DNA of 64,000 nt from Chrysomallon squamiferum (Eukaryota > Animalia > Mollusca): assembly GCA_012295275.1 (NCBI GenBank), contig CM022672.1, positions 14,694,001 to 14,758,000 of the forward strand, read 5' to 3'. Shown in pieces: positions 52,625 through 64,000 of this stretch; position 1 is the stretch's first letter, and each line of letters begins with the position of its first letter. Both the position numbers and the translations under genes were made by a program. The notes below the pieces were generated by a model. The model saw only the letters and a list, made by a program, of their open reading frames with translations, searched no databases and was not told the DNA's origin.

Positions 52625-54344
52625 TAAATTTTTCTTTCCCTCTTTAGATAAAGTGACTAACTTTGAGTCAGATGTTGTATAATCCATACAAAAGGCTTGT
52701 AAGAAACCAGCAAGACTATGATTGCGAAATTTCCTCCACTGAAATGCTATTCTGTCAAACAAATAAAAAATAAACCAAAGTTGAAAAACAGCACTTTGAA
52801 TACCATATACTGAAAGAATTAAACATTTTGTAAACTTATATCTTTCACACACTGCCTACTCACTTGTCAATTTGTCAGACATTATTCCCACATACATATT
52901 GCAATATATTTTTCTTTTAATATACCTGTCAATTACCCCCCTAAAAAACTAAATCTTTACTAACGATATCCATTCAGTAATTCTACTGAAGATATATTTA
53001 TTGTGTCAATGAAAGCAAGGAAACAATAAGTGATATCATCTTTCACAGAAATGTTTACAACAAACACTTCAGAAAATTAATAAACTGAAAATGAGCTGTA
53101 CTGATATTTTTGTACCATAAACCTTTGATAATCCAGCTATGGAGCACTTGTTGGAATGGAATATGTAATTATACTATTATAACCAGAGCTCTGTGACTAC
53201 TGTTTTCCTGTCTGTTGGAAAGTTTATAACAATTTAACAAAAAAATTCATCCCTAAAAGCCTTCTGATCCAGTTGTTTGTATCACATTCAAAGGGATTTG
53301 TCCAAGAAATTATTTATCAACATCACACATATATAAAAACACGCATACATATGCTATACATACATACATACAAATGTACATACAAATGTACATACAAAGA
53401 TATACTTGTGAACACACATATACACATGATGTACACAAACAATATTTACCATGGTTTGTTGAGTTTCCTTTCTCATATCCATATTCTGTGCTCCAGAAAA
53501 TAACTGCTAACAATAACAAGAGCTCACAAACAAAACTTCCATTCAGACTGAGTTACAGCTGACTATTGGTAGATCTATTATCAGCTAAATCTAAATATCC
53601 ATGGATACCAGTTTTACAAATAGGAACAGAGTTCTGGTTTTTGCAATCAATTGTTTTTTTATTAAAGACCAATAATTGCCTGCTGAATGACTATTAGTCC
53701 ATGACAAAATTGATGAAATGTGATAAAATAGCAATAAGACCAAATTTGCCTAGAAACGTGCAGTTTTGAATACATTGTTCTGTTTAACACATGCTAATGT
53801 AAAGTTATTTATAATGCATTTAGTGAAATCAGTCAAATGTTTATTCAGGTCTGTTGTTGTCTTATTGAATAAAACAGAGAGTACAACAGCATACGAGTAA
53901 GTTAAACATTTAAGTGATGTCCTCTGTTGTAATATGAATAAAATATAGAGGAATTTTTTGTTCTGTAATAAAGTACAATATAATTCAACAAAGTACATAT
54001 AAATAAAGACACCTATTTAGTATTCAGAGTCCAAATTTAGGGGTGAAAATTATGCATGTGTGCAGGGTTTGCCGGAAATGAACATCACATGATAGTAAAC
54101 AAAATAACGACACAGTGAATTTCTTTATCCCAGCACACTTCAAACAACATCGTAATGACAAGCAAATGACAGTGACAGTTGTTATGTTGTCAGTTGTGTG
54201 ATATCACGGTGGTGTTGTGATCTAACGACTGACATGTTTGGGAACATGGCCTCGGGTTTGTACAACTGATTTGTTCCTGGTTGTTTGTACAGTGACAGCA
54301 ATAAGCCAGTTGCAATTTCACAACTCTAAACATATCCATAATTA

Positions 54345-54545
<201 letters not shown>

Positions 54546-54649
54546 ACACAAATATATAATCATTATATATGTCATCATATATGCTTAATACTACATACAT
54601 ACATACATATAAATACTTCTCCAAACTTGAAAACCAGTACTGACCATGG

Positions 54650-55270
54650 TACTATACTAAAGTACTTATAATATTCTCATTAACAACAAATTACCATGTT
54701 AACTTAATAATCCTTATACTAAACACACTTAATTTTAACAAGCACTATACACATACTTACAAAAGTGTACTCACCACTGTATAATATTAAAGTCCTAATA
54801 AAGTACTCAATAACAATAAATTAGCATGTTATTGCAGTAATCCTTGACCTAAACACACTTAGTTTTGTCACATACTATACACACACTTCAAAATGAGTGT
54901 CTAATATTAAAGTCCTTTTATAAAGCATTCAGTGACAACAAATTAGCATGTTATTGCAGTAATCCTTATACTAAACAAACTTAATTTTATCAAGCACTAT
55001 ACAAATAATTTTATCAAGCACTATGCACACACACTCTCAAATGAGTACTCGCCATTGTATATAATTAAAATCCTTATAAATACATTCAGTGACATCAAAT
55101 TACCATGCTATTGCAATAATCCTTACACTAAACACACTTCAGTTTATCAAATACTAAACTCACACTTACAAATGAGTACTCACCACTGTGTAATAGTAAA
55201 GTCCTTATGAAGTATTCGGTGACAAACAAATTACTGTGTTAACTTAATAATCCTAACACTAAACACTAAA
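54650..55270 (+). repeat. Tandem repeat, about 130 bp unit, 4-5 copies
   Basis: AAATTA(C/G)CATG...AATCCTTATACTAAACACACTT recurs at about 54688, 54818, 54940, 55098, 55228. Confidence 0.88.
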
Positions 55271-56149
55271 CTTGATTTTTGTATCTTAATACGTTGTCAC
55301 CTCACAGCTGCTTCTCTTGTTACTGTTTGCCCAGACACCCTCTGTGAATGCCTAACATTTACATAACATTATAGCAGCATGGACATATTTCACTCCAGCT
55401 TTCCCCTCGGGCGACCTCAGCATTTGTCTTTTGCAACTGAGGAGTGTTAAATTTGAAAATGGCCTGAAGATGCACTTTTCGCAAAAACAGATCAAAGTGG
55501 TGTTTGTCAGTGATTTGTGTCAGGTTTGAAAATAAAAATTATAGTTAAAAAGGTTTAGTAAAATGAAATTTTGTAATTAAAGATGTTTAGTAAATAAAAT
55601 TGTAATTGAAAAAAGATTTAATACATAAAATTGTAATTAAAATGTTTTATACATAAAGTTGAGAATTACAATATTCATTAAATACATTTATAATTAAAAT
55701 AGTTCAGTTCAAAATGTATATGTACACATACATTTATAATAATTAAAGAGATTTACTAAATAAATTAATAATTAAAGTGTTCAATAAATAAAAAATGTGT
55801 TTAAAAATGTTCAGTAAATAAAATTATGATTAAAATATTTGATAAATAAAATCTGAATTAAAAAGGTTTAGAATTATAATACTCTGTAAATGAACATTCC
55901 TGTCATTTTTGCAATATTAATTTATGCTGATATGGTAATATGATCAGTAAGGTCTGAATGAATCTATCGACTTTTTGCCCATAAACTTTTATTAAAGATG
56001 TTTAGAATAATGAATTCATGTAAATACATTCAAACATGCTGTACTTAATCATTACAATGATTTTATTACCACAGGGTTTGATTTCAAACAATTTATTCTT
56101 AAAAGTGTATGCACACTGTATCGGTCAGAATAAATAAAGTTTGTTTGAA

Positions 56150-56204
<55 letters not shown>

Positions 56205-56360
56205 AAAATAATAATAATAATAAAAACATTTTTTTTTAGTAATAGAAATATTAAATTAATATATATAAAAAATATATGTATGTATATATGTATGCATGTA
56301 TGTATGTATAGATACAGATACAGATATAAAATAAATAAATAATAAAATCAGCATACTAAC

Positions 56361-56520
56361 CTGAATTTCTAATTCAGCTGATCAGCAGAACTTCTTTTTC
56401 AAAAATAAAATTCAGATTTTGTTTATAACCAAAAACACTGGTAAGAAAAAAGAAAAAACCCAATTCCAAATAAAAAAAATTTCCCCCACAGGTATTGATA
56501 TACGAATCACAAGATGAAAT
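56361..56520 (-). other. Putative non-coding first exon of the COX gene
   Basis: Begins about 25-30 nt downstream of a TATATAAA box (- strand) and ends at a good donor TTCAG|GTTAGT; the ATG exon has its own acceptor and so needs an upstream exon. Confidence 0.55.
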
Positions 56521-56545
56521 TAAACCGTATGATCAAACCATCATA

Positions 56546-56780
56546 TTTATATAGCATGAGTCCCCATTGTATCCTGGTCAGAAAAAAAACTCTCACCACT
56601 CTAATTTGGTAACCCTCCCCCAGCCCACGTGTTTTATTTACTACAACTCCTTAGTTTGTGACATCACACGCCGGTCAGCTTTAAAAGGAAGAAAAACTTC
56701 CGGCCCAGTAGATTCCCCAAATGTTTCGCTAGGCAAAGCAAGTGCTGCTGGCACGTGACAGACGTCACTGCTTACGAACA
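56546..56780 (-). promoter_or_regulatory. Putative COX promoter: TATA, E-boxes, CRE-like, kB-like and C/EBP-like sites
   Basis: TATATAAA (56553-56546), CACGTG 56626-56631 and 56752-56757, TGACATCA 56659-56666, TGACGTCT (-) 56767-56760, GGGGAATCTAC (-) 56718-56708, TTACGAA 56772-56778, all in a locally GC/CpG-richer patch. Confidence 0.55.
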
Positions 56781-57595
56781 GTGTAGTGCAACAGTGTAGT
56801 ACAGTGTGGTTGAAAAGTTTGACAAAGTACAACACTCTCTGTGGTTTTGATTCACACCACAACAATGTTAAACACTACTACACTGGCGGTTTCTTTTTTC
56901 ATTCACAGCTGACTGTAGCTACAGTCTGTTTCACTTATCTCCATCTTCTCAATGTAAAAATATGTGTCGTTTTTGTTTTTTTAATTGTCATCTTAGTGTA
57001 ATAGTTGTGTCTTCTTAATGTAACACTTGGGTCCTTATTTTGATGCTGTTTTCTTAGTGTAATAGCTGTATTCTTTATAATGTTATATCTGTGTCCTTAC
57101 TTTAATATCACCTATCTAATTTAATGTTTTTTGTTTTTTTAAAAATTACTTTTAATAGAGTCTCTTAATGTAATAAATGTTTTTATTTTTATTATTATTT
57201 TTTATTAATGTCCCTATGTTTTGGTATTGCCTCTTAACATAATAGTATCATTCATGTTATTCTCTTAATGTAATAGTTAGTTCTTATTTTGGTATTGTAA
57301 TATCTGTGTTCTTATTCAGTACTGTCCTTTCTGTATAATGGCCATGTCCTTAATTCAGTATGGTCATTTTAATGTAATTTGTCAGCTGGCCCACTTTGGC
57401 ACTTTCCTGGGTATGTCTTTGGTTAATTACTTTCTTCTATATTTATATAACCATACTCTTAATCTGTAACTTTCTTTAGGAAAATTTGATTACTGGTCTC
57501 ATAATATACCTCTGTGTCCTTGGTTCATTTATATCCTCATTATATGACCTTATCCAGTATCCTTATCCTTATATGGCTCTATCTTTGCTTAATAA

Positions 57596-57681
<86 letters not shown>

Positions 57682-58616
57682 TTTAAGTCTATCAGTACAT
57701 AAATATATGTATGTGTGTATGTGTGTGTGTGTGTGTGTGTGTGTCTTCTTTCACTCCTGTCATTATAACATACTGCCATGTCCTTGTTTATCAACCATCC
57801 ACATAAACTATTGTCTTGACCTTGTATGATGATGTATGATTGCATCATTTTTCTCGTGGGGGCTCCGTTAAGTTTGCTAAAGGTCTGGGTTCAAAATAAA
57901 GGAATATTGTAGAAAACATCCTGAATCTGGTGACACACATCGAAATGCACAGACACATAAATTACACAACCTGATCTGGGTGTGTCTGCTGGGGAAGGTC
58001 TGACTCAGCAGGTTTCGTATAGAATGTTACTCAACATTATTTTATCATTCGTACATTAATTTAAAAAAATATATATATATAAAAAATGAAAAGTCTTTTT
58101 ATAGATTGTGCCAAAATATAGAACAGTTATAAACCATCCTCAAGTGATTAAAATATCTATAATGAGCTGAATGTGAAAAGCCTTCTTTTTATAGCATAGT
58201 AATTTATCGTTATCTGTGAAATGTGAAAAAACTGCATCTATTAATATATTATTACTTATAACCTGATTTTACTAGTATTGCTGTGACTACTACTGCTTCT
58301 GTCACTGGTATTATTAATAATGCTAATGTTTATACTAGTACTATTTCTACTACACTTCCTACTATTACTACTTCTACTCCTACTACTACTACAACTATCA
58401 TTACTACTGCCACCAGTACAACCATTATTAGCACTAATAATAATGCTAACACTACTACTGCTATTACTATTGCTGTTACTGCTCTTACTACTACCACTAC
58501 TACTACTGCAACTACAACTTCTACTGTTGCTACTAATTCTACTACAAAGTATATTACTATACTATTATTATTACAAAATAACATAGATGTTTTTAAAAAC
58601 ATATTATAAGGTTGGT

Positions 58617-58655
<39 letters not shown>

Positions 58656-59036
58656 TGCTCCACCAGTATTATTACTAATTGTATTGGATAACATGATAAA
58701 ATAATATTACTTTACAATACTATGAATGTCAGGTGGGAACTCAAACCCACCAGTTATAAAGATTAGGGGTGTTAAATGTTTGCCTGGGATTGTCACAGGT
58801 AACAGCTAATTATAGGAAATTAATTAATCAGTGAGTCATGAGACAAAGTGGTTTGTTTGATTTACTAATACAGGATGTTGAACGGTTTGTTAATGCAAGT
58901 CCTGAGATTAACAGTGTTTGATATATATATACGGATGGTCTGACAGATATATTTCAGAGACAGATACAGACAGGGAGAGATAGAGAGTTTTTAATTTTTT
59001 TAATTTTTAATTGTTTTTAAAAAAAAAAAAAAAAAG

Positions 59037-59124
<88 letters not shown>

Positions 59125-60989
59125 AAAAGGATGAGGAAAAAGAAAGAACAAGAGAAAAAGACATTTACAACTTATTAGATCATCTTTTAAATTCAAACCT
59201 ACAGCTTCTAAATTTAAAAAACTTCTGTGAAAACACCAAAACAAAACCAGTTACGCTTACAGAAATGTTGAAACATATTAGAAATAAATAAATTAATTAT
59301 GTCTTTAATGACAGCTCAAAACAGTTAATTATATGCCATTAAAATTCAGTTATATATTTCTTGCATAATGATAATTACAAGAGATGAAACAACATGTTCT
59401 CATATATATGTATATACCATCATCAAGTGATTATTTTCATTTATATTGAATTGACAAAAATAACAACAACAACAACAACAATAATAGTAATAACAATAAC
59501 AATAACGACAACACAAAATACAACTCTAGACATATGTACACCAAACATCTTTAACAAAATAATGACACATCACACGCCATCCAACTGTTCTAACCACTGG
59601 ACTACAACCGGGTACCAACCACATTTTATTATTATTATATAAATGTAAGTATGAAACTGTCTATACTAAACAAACAGCCACAGATTCTGTCTCTCAGAGA
59701 ATGACTGGTAAACACTCAAGTTTGGCATTTCACTGTTTTTTCCTATCTCTCACAGAGACACACACGCAGAGGAGAAAGTTTATCTCTGAGGAAAGGCAAA
59801 ACAGGCTTGTCATCATAGCTTGTTAGTATAGTGAGCACAATCACATGTACAATGAGTACACACACACCCATCCCCTAACTCCCAGTCATGTAATACATAC
59901 CATTAGAAGCTGCTAATACCTGTAAGACAGGAGGTTTCAGTGAATGAGTACTTTTCAGACTGCCATAGACCACTTGGTAGCCTTGTGATGAATAAAGAAT
60001 GAAAATAGTTGTTTAACAATGTTTGAGCATTTGGTCTACCAGTGTGTCTGATACATACAAACACACTTATAGACAGTCACATACACATATGTACAGAGAT
60101 TAATACATACATACATACATACATACATACATACATACATACATACATACATACATACATACATACATACATACATACATACATACATACATACAGACAG
60201 ACAGACACACACACACACATACACACATACAAATATACATACATATAAACATATATACACAGACATATAGATAAACATATACATATACAAACATACAACT
60301 ATACACACATATAGACATATATATATAAATATATACATACACATTCGTATAAACATGAACATATATATGCACATACACACACACACACACACACAGACAC
60401 AAGTACATACATACATATCTATGACATACATAAGACAGGATATTCAGTCTTAAAATTCACACACACTCATACACACACACACAGACACACTCACACACAC
60501 ATACATAAGACAGGATATTCAGTCTTAAAACTCATACACACACACACAAACACACAGACACACACACACACAAATGAATATACATATGCATTTGGATGAC
60601 AACAAAGCTCAGGTTATTTACACAACAGAATGTTTTTTTTTTTTTTTTTTTTTTCCCAGCTGTAAATTTATGTGAAAGGAAATCATAAACCACAGACATT
60701 AATATTAAACCACTCTTGAGACACTGGGGGTAACGGGAAATAGAGCAATGGGTGCACTGAGAATTATTGATGCTGTGACCTGTCATGCCTCAGCTGGCTA
60801 ACCACTAACCAGACCACTCCTGTGTGCAGGTACACACACAACACGGTTTTCTCTTCTGATAGAACTTTTAATGAGAATCAAAACATGCTAATGAAAATAC
60901 ACACCTTAATCATGTATACATTAGCCATTTGTGTAAGATACAGCTGGTTCAGCTAGTGATAGATCAAAGAAAAACAACAACAGCTACAA

Positions 60990-61099
<110 letters not shown>

Positions 61100-61283
61100 G
61101 ATAACAATACATTTCCAGTTACATGTATTGAATGTTTCATGATGATTTTGGATCTTGATTTATTAAAGATTATGATCCAGAACTGAAGAAATAATTTTTT
61201 TAATATTAAAACTATTTTGTTCATGCACATATATGTGTATTTATGGTTTCATATGTGTCTGTGTTTGTATGTATGTATGTGTA

Positions 61284-61329
<46 letters not shown>

Positions 61330-61604
61330 CATGTGTTAATTGCAGATGTATTTGATTAATAATTCACAATAAAAAGACAGGTTTATCAACTGCACCCAGA
61401 TAATACTAAGAATGGTCTGCTATGTGGGAAGAATGCAGAAACATTTTAACCAATGGGTTTAGCTCACTGACACACCTACAAACCATTATGCTGTCTCTGT
61501 ATCTGTATATCATTAAAAAGAATGGCCAAAAATAGCTAAATGACCTTAGGCCTTACACTAGAATTAAAAACACAAATGTAAAAAGTATAAATAAATCAAA
61601 ATAG

Positions 61605-61710
<106 letters not shown>

Positions 61711-62495
61711 CACACACATTCTGTGTGTTGCATGTATGTATGCTTGCATGTAAGAAATACACATGCATGCATACATACAAACATACATACAAAAACACAC
61801 ATAAAAATTACATATACACACAACACACAAAAATAATAATAAAAACCACTGACCATGCTGTCACAAAGAATCCCTCAAAAGAAAACTTACTGTCATAACT
61901 CAAGGTTTGTTTATCACAACAAAATCAAATACAAGATTCTATGTCACAGTCAGCTATTTCGCACACAAAGCAGTAACAAAATGAAATGAAATAAATTATC
62001 ACCAAAACCTGATGGTGACCACGATAACGTCAGATTGCTATGCACATAATAAAACAAAATATCTGAGACGGTGGTAGATAGTAGCAGGTCAGGAAGGATG
62101 GATTTCCTGCATCTGTGTGAGATGTACTGTTACTAGTGGAACACACTGAAACAAGTGGACGGTAATCGTGTTGACATGAGGATTGTCGAGTTGTTCAAGT
62201 GATTAACAGTGTGTTGTTTTACTTGATTTACATTTTGCTGGATTTCCATACTGTATGGTGTTAATGTATGTAAGAGTGTGTGTGTATGTGTAAAAATAGA
62301 AAAACTGACACAGAGAAACATGTCTATATATATACAGACAGACAGACATACAGATAGATAGATAGATAGATAGACAGACAGATATACATACATACATATA
62401 CACACATACATACAGAGTGAGAGATAGATAAATATATTTTACATAGGTATGTGCATGTGTTTGTGTGTATGTTCTTTTCTCTTTCTCTCTCTCTC

Positions 62496-62534
<39 letters not shown>

Positions 62535-62949
62535 AAGAGAGAGAGAAAAAATAAAATAAATGGACAGTTAAATAGACAGGTAGAGCTATCAACAGAAATA
62601 CACATACAACACACAAACACACACACACATACATACATATACATACACACATACATACATACATACATACATACTTACATACATTCACACTGATAGATGA
62701 AGCAAGAAAGCCTACCATACAAAAGAATTTTATTTTCATTCATCAAGTTCAAAAAATTAGCTTACAACTTATCAGGTTTGATCCTTTAACTCACTGTGTG
62801 TCAAGCAAAGTCAACCAATTGAACATAGATTGCATAATATCAGCAGGGTGTATTGTATTTAAATCTTTGTAGAAATGTAATAATATAGCTGTGTGCATTA
62901 TCTAATAATTAAAATTAATTGATGGTTAATGTATTTATTCTTTGTATTG

Positions 62950-63005
<56 letters not shown>

Positions 63006-63027
63006 GTTACTATTACTATTATTATTA

Positions 63028-63084
<57 letters not shown>

Positions 63085-64000
63085 TAAGCAAATGATCATA
63101 ACAAACTGAGCTGTCATCAACAAACATTCTAAAATTATTGTTACAAATTGCTCAGAGATATTAAATAACAGTTTTATTCTGAAATAACTTTCATTATTTA
63201 AAAAATAAAATAATCATCTAATTCTCAGTGCACAGACTAAACTGAATATGTCAAATATGAGCAATTTAGTATTGTTAACAAAAAATAAAAAAATAAAAAA
63301 TGATTCTTCAAATATAGTTCTCCATCCATGGTTGTTTGAACAAAGGCTATTACAAGTTCAAATCTCTCCAGCAGAAGGTGTTTATAAAAAAAAATATATA
63401 TAAAAATAAAAATAAAAATAATAATAAATCAAATTTCCATACTACTAAGCCTTCTCCATCAGGAAAAAAACAGATTAGTAAGAAACCTTTATTATATGAC
63501 AATAAAACAATTGCTTGAATTATCTGAATTTTTTTTTTATGTTTAATATATATGTATACTCTGAAGCCAACAGTAAAACACTAAAATTGTTTTTTTTTTT
63601 TTAAATGGGGGAAAGAATGGTAAGTAAATCCTCAGTCTGACAGGATATTTGTTTTTTTTAAATTATCATAACAACAAATTTTCAATATTGGTAACCAAAA
63701 ACTTCCACTTAATGCATACAAAATGTATTTAAACCATATGTTTCTCTTTGAAGTAAACAGCATGAACATCTAGATCATTTGCACTGCTTAGAAATTTATA
63801 AAATGTCTTTAGACCACTTAGCAATATACAAATTGTGTATTTATAGAATTCAAAGGACTAGGAAGTATACATATAAAGTATTTCGACCATATGTATCACT
63901 TTAATGCTATTTTTATAAAACTATTTTAAAATTTTAATACAGCTCATTCTTGTACCTAGCCTGTTTAAAAAATCCACCCAAAATATATTTTATGTTTGAT

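Noticed and set aside
54650-55270. 130 bp repeat containing TG|GTGAGT on the COX sense strand, a possible donor-derived array
   Set aside because: No adjacent exon could be identified, so it cannot be counted among the junction-seeded repeats.
58830-58840. AP-1 site TGAGTCA (also near 1546, 1660, 4752, 7158)
   Set aside because: Several such 7-mers are expected by chance in 64 kb.

Overview
AT-rich, microsatellite-dense eukaryotic (invertebrate animal, probably mollusc-like) genomic DNA with two convergent intron-rich genes. (1) On the + strand, 22 coding exons at 8761-32903 splice (all GT-AG, phases consistent) into about 2,250 codons of a Crumbs-family type I membrane protein: 19 EGF, LamG, EGF, LamG, EGF, LamG, about 19 EGF, TM, then a 38-aa tail with the Crumbs FERM-binding motif but a variant PDZ motif (EVLV instead of ERLI). 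The start/signal-peptide exon was not located with confidence. (2) On the - strand is a complete cyclooxygenase (prostaglandin G/H synthase) gene: 10 coding exons at 49789-38860, 594 aa, ending in HDEL. It has an unusual YRWH catalytic motif, a probable non-coding first exon near 56.4 kb and a COX-2-like promoter. Most ORFs in the supplied track are microsatellite artefacts. The most striking unexplained structure is that several intronic minisatellites, in both genes, are tandem amplifications of the adjacent splice junction itself, producing arrays of decoy splice sites. A near-identical inverted repeat of about 375 bp also brackets three in-frame exons (circRNA candidate with a stop-free circular ORF). 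All coordinates were read by eye and no searches were run.
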